From Candidatus Woesearchaeota archaeon (GTDB lineage: Archaea > Nanobdellota > Nanobdellia > Woesearchaeales > JACPBO01): a stretch of 64,000 nt of DNA. The stretch lies in the NCBI GenBank assembly GCA_016180285.1, contig JACPBO010000005.1, positions 48,189 to 112,188 of the forward strand, read 5' to 3'. Shown in pieces: positions 19,368-27,705 of the stretch; the stretch's first letter is position 1, and the number at the start of each line of letters is the position of its first letter. The position numbers were made by a program, and so were the translations under genes. The notes beneath the pieces were generated by a model, which was given only the letters and a program-made list of their open reading frames with translations, was not told the DNA's origin and ran no database searches.

Positions 19368-20082
19368 AGTCTGTTATTGAAGCCAATTGACCCAAGATAT
19401 CTTCATTTTTGTCACCATAGCTTATAAGAATTTTATCTCCTTCGTTAAATACGTAATCTCTAAATTCAGTGTTTTCTTTCCTATTTATGTAAAATTTGAG
19501 GGATTTTTCTGCATTATTGCAATATTTTACTCCAGTATCTACTGTGAAGCAATCTTTTTCAAATTTCATTCCAATGCTTTCAAAGAAAATCCAAAGAGGA
19601 ACCCCTGTTGCATGCATATGCAAGACACTTGAAGCATCTTCTTTATTTAGGTTATCATCCACATGAATAAAACTGCTCTTCATATGATATTTTTCATTTG
19701 CGAAGTTAATTGAATTTCCATTTATAAAAACTTTAAAATCAGCATGGGTGTGCCCTGAACCAAGCACCCCAATCGTTGATTTAGAATCCATATTGCACTG
19801 CAGCTGGCCACTGTCTATGCATGCGCTTACATCCATGCCGCAAGCATCGCAAAGCCCATCATTATTTTTGTCCATTAATTTTCTGGCCAGTTGCTTATCA
19901 AAGGCAGTTAAAGCCATTTGGCTTGCAGAATGCATTTCAGTTAATTGTTTATTGGGATTATTGCCCTGAAAATTTAAAAAAGACACTGTGCTGAAGATCA
20001 AAGCAATAGCAGCTATAACTAAAAGCCCGTATAATAAATAATCCTCTTTGTTTTTTATTTTATTTGCTGTTTTTCTTTTCAT
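19351..20082 (-). CDS. Membrane-anchored extracytoplasmic Cys/His-rich protein, unknown
   Basis: Transmembrane anchor, then CDACGMDVSACIDSGQLQC and GSGHTHADFKVF...LHMHATG. Confidence 0.3.
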   Translation of the reverse strand: MKRKTANKIKNKEDYLLYGLLVIAAIALIFSTVSFLNFQGNNPNKQLTEMHSASQMALTAFDKQLARKLMDKNNDGLCDACGMDVSACIDSGQLQCNMDSKSTIGVLGSGHTHADFKVFINGNSINFANEKYHMKSSFIHVDDNLNKEDASSVLHMHATGVPLWIFFESIGMKFEKDCFTVDTGVKYCNNAEKSLKFYINRKENTEFRDYVFNEGDKILISYGDKNEDILGQLASITDFAKKH

Positions 20083-20663
20083 TTTTTCTCCATAAAAACA
20101 TTGTGCATGTATATTTTTCCACCGCCAGGCTCTGTGTGAATGGATTCTTTAATATAGGCTATTTTAAAAGGGCCTGAAAAATACCTTAAAATAGCCTCCT
20201 TTGAAATGCTCTTGTCAAAATGATTTTTATCGCTGAAGCACTGGATATAAACCCTGCCATTGCCTTTCAATAAATTAATAAGCCTTTTAACATATTTTGG
20301 CTTGTCTTTATCAGGGATATGGTGAAAGCATCCCCTGTCAAAAATAAAGTCAAATTTTTTGTTTGTCTTGAATTTCAATACCTTGCCTACAAGATAATTG
20401 CAAGCCAAGCCTTTTCTTAGGCACCTTTCTTTTGCCATATTTACTGCTGCAGGGGATATGTCAACTCCTGTAACCTTAAACCCCTTTGAAGCCAGATAAA
20501 TTGAGTTTGTACCTACTCCCGAACACATGTCAAGAACTTCTCCTGGCCTGATTTTACCCTGCTCAACAAGCTTCACAAGATTTTTTTCAGGATGTTCAGT
20601 ATGCCAGGGAATTTTTTCCAGCCTGTTCTCCCTGTATATCCTGTCCCACCCGTTTTTTTCCAT
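20079..20663 (-). CDS. Class I SAM-dependent methyltransferase
   Basis: VLDMCSGVGTNSIYLA (motif I) and FDFIFDRGCFHHI (post-I and II). Confidence 0.7.
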   Translation of the reverse strand: MEKNGWDRIYRENRLEKIPWHTEHPEKNLVKLVEQGKIRPGEVLDMCSGVGTNSIYLASKGFKVTGVDISPAAVNMAKERCLRKGLACNYLVGKVLKFKTNKKFDFIFDRGCFHHIPDKDKPKYVKRLINLLKGNGRVYIQCFSDKNHFDKSISKEAILRYFSGPFKIAYIKESIHTEPGGGKIYMHNVFMEKK

Positions 20664-20740
20664 TCTTGCCTTCGTATTGCTTAACTAGCTTGCTAGCAGC
20701 ATCCTTTTTTTCCTTTCCCCATTTTTGCACCTCATCCGCA

Positions 20741-21364
20741 TTATGATTTTTTAGCCACAAATATATTGGCATAACCTTTAAGCGCAGGAATTTTATTGAT
20801 AACTTTAAACTTATAGTATTCCAAATGCCTTTGAAAATCCCTGCTGAAAAAGTCATCAATGGCTTCTTTATCAATTATTCTCTCAATCCATTCCAATATT
20901 AAAAATGCTGTTGTTTGTTTTTTTGGCTCCACATATTCAACAAAAACCGCTGTGCCTCCTTTTTTCAATGTCCTGCAAATCTCTGCTATTGCCTTATTTC
21001 TGTCTTTGAATCTTAATTCATGCAACCCCAATGATTCGAATGCAATATCGAAGTAATTGTCTTCAAAGGGAATATTTTTTGCATCTGCAACAATGTATTT
21101 TGTGTTTTTGGAACTTGTTTTTTTCCTGGCTCTTCTTATCATATTTTCTGACAGATCAACCCCAAAAACATTGCCTTTGGCTTTTTCTGCAATCAGGCTC
21201 GTCAATGTTCCTGTGCCGCAAAAAAGATCCAGTATGTTTTTTGCATGCCCGATATCAACAGCATTTGCTGTGGCTTCCCTTAGCCTTTTCTCGCTTCCTA
21301 AAGGAAGCAAAAAGAGCCTGATTTCAAGGTCATAAAGCGCGCTTATTATTCCATTATAAAACAT
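20741..21364 (-). CDS. Class I SAM-dependent methyltransferase (UbiE/COQ5-like)
   Basis: ILDLFCGTGTLTSLIA, VFGVDLSENM and FDIAFESLGLHE. Confidence 0.7.
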   Translation of the reverse strand: MFYNGIISALYDLEIRLFLLPLGSEKRLREATANAVDIGHAKNILDLFCGTGTLTSLIAEKAKGNVFGVDLSENMIRRARKKTSSKNTKYIVADAKNIPFEDNYFDIAFESLGLHELRFKDRNKAIAEICRTLKKGGTAVFVEYVEPKKQTTAFLILEWIERIIDKEAIDDFFSRDFQRHLEYYKFKVINKIPALKGYANIFVAKKS

Positions 21365-21365
21365 T

Positions 21366-22190
21366 TTAGCTTACAGCTGCTGCTGATGACGATGCGTTTA
21401 TTATTGTGTTGTTTGCAATGTTTTTATAAACGACTTTCAGCACGCTCAAATCCCTGAAAATGTAGCTGCCGTCACCCTCAACTGATCCGACCTGCGGCCA
21501 AACTACTGCAAGCGAAGGATAGAGTCCAGCATCCTTTGACAATATGACTGTAGGCACAAATGTAATGTTGTATTTTCTAATCAGCTCCTTGCCTGTTTCT
21601 GATGAAATATCCGCGTATCTTTCTGCTGAAATGGCCATTCCAAAGTTTTGCGGATTTGAAAGTATTAGCTTATGGATTGTTACATTGTAGCAGGTTTTGC
21701 AGCTGCTGTCTGTCAGATATGTCAGCTCTACAAAGCCCTCTGCTTTTGATTTTGCAACATCAAAATAAGGGGGATTGATCAGCCTCAGGACGTAGCTGCC
21801 GTCTTTTTCCACACTCCCGATATCGCTCCAGACGCCTGTTATCTCTTTATATTGCGATGCTTCTTTTGAGAATACTAATGCCGGGAGCTTTAATATCTTG
21901 TATTTTTCAATTAATTGTTTTCCCTCTGCGCTGCTGGCATCAATTGTCTTTTCGCTTTCAAAGAAAATGCCTAAATTCTTTAGGGCAGGCACCAGGCCTG
22001 TCAAATCGCTGCAGCTATCGCATGAAGATGCTTTGAGGTAAATTGAAGAAATGCCTTTTTTAACAACTATTTGGCTGTTTATTCTGAATGTTATGAAAAT
22101 GTTTGTTAAGAACACTATCATGATAAGGGCAACAAGCAACAACTTGATATTTGTAAAGCCGAATTTTCTTTTTTTATTTTTTTCTTCCAT
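21366..22190 (-). CDS. Membrane-anchored protein with two tandem thioredoxin-like CxxC domains (PDI-like a-a' arrangement)
   Basis: Internal duplication of about 100 aa. Repeat 1 carries SSCDSCSDL...LPALVF...DIGSVEKDGSYVLR. Repeat 2 carries SSCKTCYNV...VPTVIL...QVGSVEGDGSYIFR. Both have the cis-Pro loop. Confidence 0.5.
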   Translation of the reverse strand: MEEKNKKRKFGFTNIKLLLVALIMIVFLTNIFITFRINSQIVVKKGISSIYLKASSCDSCSDLTGLVPALKNLGIFFESEKTIDASSAEGKQLIEKYKILKLPALVFSKEASQYKEITGVWSDIGSVEKDGSYVLRLINPPYFDVAKSKAEGFVELTYLTDSSCKTCYNVTIHKLILSNPQNFGMAISAERYADISSETGKELIRKYNITFVPTVILSKDAGLYPSLAVVWPQVGSVEGDGSYIFRDLSVLKVVYKNIANNTIINASSSAAAVS

Positions 22191-22207
22191 TTTTACCTCT
22201 CCAAATC

Positions 22208-22669
22208 CTAAATCCTGCAGCCTGTTAATTCCGAAAGCCTTTCAAAGCTCTGCACTTTTTCGTATCGTTCATTGTTTATTATCCATGTCGGAGTCACTTT
22301 TATATCTGGCCCTTTCTGGTAATCCCTGTAATCAACATACTTGAATGAGTTCCCGAACATTTTGGCCTGCTGCTTTGTGTACTGGCACCATTCAATTGCG
22401 CCATACATCACTGCTCCCTTTTCTTTTAAGCATTTTGCAAAATCATCATAGGCGCCTGGCTTTGATGCAGAATAGATGCTGTATGCCACAATAGCTATTA
22501 TTATAACAGCGATAACTGACAGGATTGTTATTTTATTTCTTTTTTTAGATGCTGCATTTTCTTTTCTTTCCTTATCCAGCTGCTCTCTCTGCTGCCTTAG
22601 CTGCTCTGCTTCCTCACGAAGCTTCTGCTGCCTTTTTTCATCCATCTCCTTTTTGCTTAATTCTTCCAT
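22208..22669 (-). CDS. Membrane-anchored thioredoxin-like protein (CxxT variant)
   Basis: Charged cytoplasmic N-terminus and one transmembrane segment, then YGAIEWCQYTKQQ, which resembles VKOR-associated Trx domains (YGAxWCxxC) with a single Cys. Confidence 0.45.
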   Translation of the reverse strand: MEELSKKEMDEKRQQKLREEAEQLRQQREQLDKERKENAASKKRNKITILSVIAVIIIAIVAYSIYSASKPGAYDDFAKCLKEKGAVMYGAIEWCQYTKQQAKMFGNSFKYVDYRDYQKGPDIKVTPTWIINNERYEKVQSFERLSELTGCRI

Positions 22670-22695
22670 TTTATTTCCTTGTTAAGGCAAATTAA

Positions 22696-22908
22696 TCAAA
22701 ACAACTCTTTAACTGAATTAATTTTCTCAACTGCATTGTTTGCGCCTGTATTTTCCGGCCCGATGACTCCGCAGCCGCCGCCAACTGGCCCGCTCGGTGG
22801 AGCGCTGCCGCTGCCATAATCGCCGCTTGAGCATCCTGCAACAAAAATTAAGCCAACAATCAATAACAACATTAATGCTGTTTTCATATTAGTTTTTTCC
22901 ATTTTCAC
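22696..22908 (-). CDS. Small lipoprotein with internal PVGGGCG motif
   Basis: Lipobox LIFVAGC followed by a Gly/Ser-rich stretch and VGGGCGV. Confidence 0.4.
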   Translation of the reverse strand: MKMEKTNMKTALMLLLIVGLIFVAGCSSGDYGSGSAPPSGPVGGGCGVIGPENTGANNAVEKINSVKELF

Positions 22909-22911
22909 ACC

Positions 22912-23112
22912 TCAACATCCGCCTACCATTCCGCTGGATGAGCTTGCTGCTGGCGCAGATGCTGCTGCACCTGAAGATGTTGCAGTTGCGCCTGAAACTG
23001 CAGCTGTTCCGCTGCTCAGCTTTGTTTTTATTGTGTTCAGCTCAAATGCCTGCACAACTGATACGAGCAATAAAACGCCCAATACAATTGCTATTATTAT
23101 GTTTTTGTCCAT
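22912..23112 (-). CDS. Small secreted protein ending in MVGGC-COOH (paralog family member 1)
   Basis: Signal peptide with predicted cleavage after VQA, an Ala/Ser/Thr-rich linker and the C-terminus SSSSGMVGGC directly before the stop. The stop codon was verified on the reverse strand. Confidence 0.45.
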   Translation of the reverse strand: MDKNIIIAIVLGVLLLVSVVQAFELNTIKTKLSSGTAAVSGATATSSGAAASAPAASSSSGMVGGC

Positions 23113-23140
23113 TTTTTACCTCCTCGATTATTCTTTAACT

Positions 23141-23434
23141 TCATTTTACTTTTTTAATCAATTTAACCAATAAATAAACAATCAAAACCAAAACAGCCAA
23201 ATACAAAACCTGTCCAATTAAGTATAAGCTGCTATAGCCGCCCATGTAGCCGGCAGTAATTGAATTTCCTGCCATCATTGAGCTGCCTAAATCGCTTACA
23301 GCCATGCCTGTTGCAGCTGGAGCCCCACTAGCTGCCTCGCTGTGATTATCCATTCCAGCGCATGCCAAAACCGGCAACGCAGTTAATGATAGCGCTAATA
23401 AAAAAAGCACAATCAATAAAAAGGACTTTTTCAT
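23141..23434 (-). CDS. Small Met-rich protein with signal peptide/lipobox-like N-terminus and C-terminal transmembrane anchor
   Basis: VLACAGMDNHSEAASGAPAATGMAVSDLGSSMMAGNSITAGYMGG followed by a transmembrane segment. Confidence 0.4.
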   Translation of the reverse strand: MKKSFLLIVLFLLALSLTALPVLACAGMDNHSEAASGAPAATGMAVSDLGSSMMAGNSITAGYMGGYSSLYLIGQVLYLAVLVLIVYLLVKLIKKVK

Positions 23435-23707
23435 TTAGCAGCCACCCACCATTGTTGGCGCGACAGATCCTGAACTGCTGCTTTGCCCGATTCTCGCAGG
23501 AATAGTTCCATGCATTTCATAATTCATTTTTTCGTTCTCTGTCCATCCTGTTGTGTCGAGCTTGCCGCTTGCTGCGGCGCTTACGCCTGTTGCAAGGCCT
23601 GCTGCAGGCACCTTGGACCTGATATCCATCAATTGGAATGCCTGAATAAACGAAACTATCAGGATAGCTGACAGAAAGACAACAATTATTGTTATTTTTT
23701 TGTCCAT
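23435..23707 (-). CDS. Small secreted protein ending in MVGGC-COOH (paralog family member 2); start taken at MDKKITII
   Basis: Its N-terminus is homologous to that of the 22912..23112 protein (MDKxIxI..VL..L.VS..QAF.L). C-terminus SSSSGSVAPTMVGGC. The ATG lies 1 nt after the stop of the upstream gene. Confidence 0.45.
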   Translation of the reverse strand: MDKKITIIVVFLSAILIVSFIQAFQLMDIRSKVPAAGLATGVSAAASGKLDTTGWTENEKMNYEMHGTIPARIGQSSSSGSVAPTMVGGC

Positions 23708-23708
23708 C

Positions 23709-24422
23709 TTAACAACCTCCAACCATTGCCCCGCCAGATGATGTTGCTCCTTTTTCTATTCCCCTGTATTTGTTTGATGCCAAATTGATGTAATTCAGCT
23801 CAATTCCCTTGGACTGCAATATCGCAGCTTTCTGCGTCATTATGCCGGGGAAAAACAATGTTTTCCATTTTCCAAGCTCTTCCAAAATCTCGTCATTTGT
23901 GAATTCACTTGGATGCTTGCTTACCAAATATTTTGCCAATCCGCGCATTGCACCGCTGTGGGCGCAGCCGCATGCAGCAGCCCCATTTTTAAAGATAATT
24001 GCCTCAGCTCCGCAGCAGTATTCGCAGCTTATCTGCGTGCCAACAGCTATATAGCGCTGCAAAGCATCCCCTGTTAATGTAATTGATCTATCATAAACGC
24101 TCATCTTATTTATCGCTGCATTCGCCTTTCTTGCATCATTCGGAGAAATATCATCATAGCTTAAGCCAAGTTCTGCTCCATAAATCTTTGGAATTCCTGT
24201 CGGAATAACAGAACCCTGCAGATTTGATGAGCTTACTGCTGTGCTGCCGGAGCTTGATGCTGTTGAAATGCCTGTTGCTGCAAATCTAGATCCAATGCTC
24301 GATATCTGCCATTGGTTAAAAATAACAAGCAGAGCGATAACAACTATCAGCCAAATGCTCAATTTGTTTATCGTTTCCTTTAAATTTGCTTTTTTGTTCT
24401 TAGATTCCATTTTTAATTTCAC
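23709..24422 (-). CDS. Membrane-anchored Cys-rich protein ending in MVGGC-COOH (paralog family member 3)
   Basis: Transmembrane anchor, Ser-rich linker, SCEYCCGAEAIIFKNGAAACGCAHSGAMRG and C-terminus KGATSSGGAMVGGC. Confidence 0.45.
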   Translation of the reverse strand: MKLKMESKNKKANLKETINKLSIWLIVVIALLVIFNQWQISSIGSRFAATGISTASSSGSTAVSSSNLQGSVIPTGIPKIYGAELGLSYDDISPNDARKANAAINKMSVYDRSITLTGDALQRYIAVGTQISCEYCCGAEAIIFKNGAAACGCAHSGAMRGLAKYLVSKHPSEFTNDEILEELGKWKTLFFPGIMTQKAAILQSKGIELNYINLASNKYRGIEKGATSSGGAMVGGC

Positions 24423-24471
24423 CCCTCAGTTTGCATAGTTTGTTTGTTTTCATTTAAAAACCTTATGTATT

Positions 24472-24993
24472 TTATTCTTTGCAGCAATCAATTATTTTCT
24501 TTACGATGTTTGCAAGCTTCTCCTTCCAGCTGCTGCTTTGAGTCTGGATCATTTCGCCTGATTTTATTAATTTCAGATTCAGGCTCCAAAATAAAGTGTA
24601 AAGGTCAAATGCATTCTTGAAAAACATCTGCGCTTTCGCATCGTCTTTTTTGCTTAAATGCTTATTCCCGACTTCAATCAGGCGCATGCTTGCCCCGAGC
24701 AGATGCTTGCTTATGCACCACACTTCGCCTTCAGGCTCTTTAACTATCTCCTTAAGCAGATTTTTTCTTAGCTCTCTTATTTGATTTAAAAGCTCAATGT
24801 AGCTCTTCTTATTCGTTTTCATTGCGCTGAAATACATGTGCTCTTCTATGCTTATAAGATTCATCAGCGCTATGCTCAGGTCTTCATCTGACGAAAGGTC
24901 AACTTTGCCTTTACTTTTAAGTTCACTTGCCCTTTTTACAAGCTCATTCACATCCATCTTAATGTTTTCAGCCATCATCTTATCGCCAGCCAC
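24472..24993 (-). CDS. hypothetical soluble protein
   Basis: A 173-aa protein with no motif. It is co-directional with the cluster and overlaps the upstream gene by 19 nt. Confidence 0.3.
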   Translation of the reverse strand: MAGDKMMAENIKMDVNELVKRASELKSKGKVDLSSDEDLSIALMNLISIEEHMYFSAMKTNKKSYIELLNQIRELRKNLLKEIVKEPEGEVWCISKHLLGASMRLIEVGNKHLSKKDDAKAQMFFKNAFDLYTLFWSLNLKLIKSGEMIQTQSSSWKEKLANIVKKIIDCCKE

Positions 24994-25487
24994 ACTATTG
25001 CGCTTGTTATTGCCAATAATGCCAAAATAAAAGCAATTGTCTGGAACGGAAATATAGCCTTGTTTTTGTTGATCTGCTTCACATTGCTGCTAATGAACAA
25101 TCCTGCATAAACTAAAATGCTGCCCGCTATTATGCCCAATAATAATTTATCTACTCCAAAAATCCTGCTTGCATTGAATAATCCTCCAAAATAAAATGAG
25201 ATTATTGTTGCAGCAAATATCAATATTGCAACAATTTGGCCTTGGAACGGGATGTATTTCTTCTTCAGCATGTTGTTGAACCATAATGCAGTTGAAATTA
25301 TAAATGCGCCGACCCACAGCCCGACAATCATATCATCAACGCCGTAAAATCTCGTGATAACGATTCCTGCGCCGACAGCAGCTGTGCATAGCGGGCAATG
25401 CGCGCTTACAAGCGGCACAAATGCAGTTAGCGAAAAGAACAGCATCAACATAAAAATCAGGCTTCTTTTCATTTTATTTTCACTCAT
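24975..25487 (-). CDS. Polytopic membrane protein with HCPLC in the first transmembrane segment (possible membrane thiol-oxidoreductase partner)
   Basis: Five transmembrane segments and SAHCPLCTAAVGAG in the first. Confidence 0.4.
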   Translation of the reverse strand: MSENKMKRSLIFMLMLFFSLTAFVPLVSAHCPLCTAAVGAGIVITRFYGVDDMIVGLWVGAFIISTALWFNNMLKKKYIPFQGQIVAILIFAATIISFYFGGLFNASRIFGVDKLLLGIIAGSILVYAGLFISSNVKQINKNKAIFPFQTIAFILALLAITSAIVWLAIR

Positions 25488-25933
25488 TAAGGCGGAAGGG
25501 GCGTCTTTGTTCCCATATCAGTATATCTTTGATCAACATATTTTGTGTCTATGTATTCCCTTGTCTCTTTCAATGACATGCCTTGCTTAAGCAGCTCGTC
25601 TGCCTTTAATGCTATGGCAACGCATGCAGGGCAGTCAATTGCAGCATGATCCTGCCAGCTTCCGTCTTCATTTATGAAGCATTCCTTGAGGCTGTGCATT
25701 ATCGGGATTGTTTTTCCCCTGTGCTGCATTTCATGCATGAAATCATCCTGCCTGTCAAGCGCAATGCTGTAAGCCAGCTTGTTTTTATAATTATTCATCA
25801 CAAAACTCGGCAGCATGTTTTCATTTGCAAGCATTGGCATTTGTTTTTTTGATGTGTTTAGTATGATTGCCAATGAAAAAATTACCAATACAATCAATGC
25901 CAATCCGGCAATCAGCTTTGTTTTTGCATTCAT
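25487..25933 (-). CDS. Membrane-anchored protein with CPAC motif
   Basis: Transmembrane anchor, then HAAIDCPACVAIALK. Confidence 0.35.
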   Translation of the reverse strand: MNAKTKLIAGLALIVLVIFSLAIILNTSKKQMPMLANENMLPSFVMNNYKNKLAYSIALDRQDDFMHEMQHRGKTIPIMHSLKECFINEDGSWQDHAAIDCPACVAIALKADELLKQGMSLKETREYIDTKYVDQRYTDMGTKTPLPP

Positions 25934-26214
25934 TTTAGCTTATCCAAGCATTTCTTGTATTGATCAGGGTGATGCCCCATATGCTCTCTCCATTCTTGAT
26001 CTGTGTAACCTTCAGGAGTTGCGCAAATATCTTCCTTGTTTTGGCTTTGAATTGCCTTATTGTAATTTGCGCCGAAATAGTTTTTTTGCGTTGTGAAGCT
26101 CAATACGCTCCATATCAGTGCTGCGATTAAAACAAATGCCGCAACATACAATATTATTTGGTCATATTTGATTTGATCGTGTTTTTTTGCCATATTAATG
26201 CAGAACAAGGCCAA
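25930..26214 (-). CDS. Small membrane-anchored protein with His-rich tail
   Basis: Transmembrane anchor, then EWREHMGHHPDQYKKC. Confidence 0.3.
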   Translation of the reverse strand: MALFCINMAKKHDQIKYDQIILYVAAFVLIAALIWSVLSFTTQKNYFGANYNKAIQSQNKEDICATPEGYTDQEWREHMGHHPDQYKKCLDKLK

Positions 26215-26305
26215 GATGATATATTTAATCTGTTAAACGATCATATGAAATCGGCTTTAAAGTGTTTAAATAGCTCTAAATATGTTCAGAATCGTTCAAA
26301 AATGG

Positions 26306-26845
26306 CTAAATCGCCTTCTTTAAGAAAACCTGATTTGTCTTTCCCTTGACAACTTTTTTAATGAGGCCTTTCTTTTCCAAGCCTGCAAGCACAACAGAGA
26401 GCTTTGCCTTTGACATGTCTGTCCTTATTCTCAATGTTGCCTGGGTTATTCCGTCCTGCTCTTTAACTGATTTTATTGCCTTTTTCTCATCATCATCAAG
26501 GCCGCTGAGCAGAATATCAAATTTTTCCACTTTAAATTTTTCATCCTTTGTTTCTTTCAATGCCTTGATGACTTCCTGCTGGCTTTTCTCAAAGAAAATC
26601 AGATAAAAGCCAAGGCTTGCCACTGCAAGCATTATTGCCGCGCCAACATATATTGGGATCTGGGCTTTTGCTTTTTGAGTGTGAGGGCATATGTTAGGAT
26701 CAGTAGGGCATGTTCCCCCTGTCGATGCATAAAAATCGATCTGCGCCTGATAAGCCCTGTCAATGCTGATCTTTATGAAAAAAAGAACAGAGAGCATTAA
26801 AACTGCAAATATTATAAGCGCCCATCCTAATACTTTGTTGTTCAT
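26306..26845 (-). CDS. Membrane-tethered winged-helix (MarR-like) transcription regulator; first gene of the long minus-strand train
   Basis: The start is taken at MNNKVLGW (26845). There are two transmembrane segments with a CPxDPNICPH loop. The C-terminal wHTH is ITQATLRIRTDMSKAKLSVVLAGLEKKGLI. Confidence 0.5.
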   Translation of the reverse strand: MNNKVLGWALIIFAVLMLSVLFFIKISIDRAYQAQIDFYASTGGTCPTDPNICPHTQKAKAQIPIYVGAAIMLAVASLGFYLIFFEKSQQEVIKALKETKDEKFKVEKFDILLSGLDDDEKKAIKSVKEQDGITQATLRIRTDMSKAKLSVVLAGLEKKGLIKKVVKGKTNQVFLKKAI

Positions 26846-26947
26846 GAGAACAGGTAAAATAAGCTTATTTAAAAAACTTGTGAATATGCTGGCTGAATAA
26901 AAAACCGAAGGCTTTTTAAACAAATCCCTTTTTCCAACAATAGTAAA

Positions 26948-27664
26948 ATGGCTGAAAAGGAAACAGAACTCAAAATCAAGAAGAAAAAGTGGCATTCAAT
27001 CATAGCTCCAAAAATATTCAGCGAGCAGGTGATAGGCGAAACACTGGTTACTGATGTCAAAAGCCTGCTTAACAGGAGTATTTCAGCAAATCTGATGAAT
27101 CTTACTGGCGACCCAAAAAACCAGAATATAAACATGAAGTTTGCTATCAACAGGGTAGAAGGCAACAAGGTTTTTACTGATGTTATGGGATATATAATGA
27201 ACCCTGCTTCGATAAGAAGGATGATAAGGCGCGAAAAGGAAAGGGTTGATGATTCTTTTGCATGCAAAACACTTGACAACAAGATGATAAGAATAAAGCC
27301 ACTAGCGATAACAGTGGCATCAACAAAGAGCTCTATTCTTTCAAAATTAAGGAAGAAAATGCAGGCCCTGATCAAGGAAGCTGTTGCGAAGCTGAATTAT
27401 GAATCTCTTCTTTATGAGATTATTGACAATAAGCTGCAAAAGAGGGTGAAGGCTGATTTGTCAAAGGTTTATCCTGTTAAAAATTTTGAGATTAAAATGA
27501 TGGTTATTGAAGAGCAGAGAAAACAGAAAGAAGAAAAAGAGATAGAGCTAAAGGAAGAAAAGCCTCAGGCAGAGCTGGAAGGGAGCAAGGAAGAAGCAAA
27601 CGCCCAGCCGAAAGAAGAGGCAGCTGAAATTGAAAATAAAGCTGAGGAAACAGCTGAAGCGTAA
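26948..27664 (+). CDS. rps3ae: 30S ribosomal protein S3Ae (eS1), with acidic/Lys-rich C-terminal extension
   Basis: KKKKWHSIIAPKIFSEQVIGETLV...FTDVMGYIMNP matches the archaeal S3Ae family. Confidence 0.85.
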   Translation: MAEKETELKIKKKKWHSIIAPKIFSEQVIGETLVTDVKSLLNRSISANLMNLTGDPKNQNINMKFAINRVEGNKVFTDVMGYIMNPASIRRMIRREKERVDDSFACKTLDNKMIRIKPLAITVASTKSSILSKLRKKMQALIKEAVAKLNYESLLYEIIDNKLQKRVKADLSKVYPVKNFEIKMMVIEEQRKQKEEKEIELKEEKPQAELEGSKEEANAQPKEEAAEIENKAEETAEA

Positions 27665-27705
27665 ATCAACAACATTTTTATACTAAAACAATACTTTTTC
27701 TTTTC

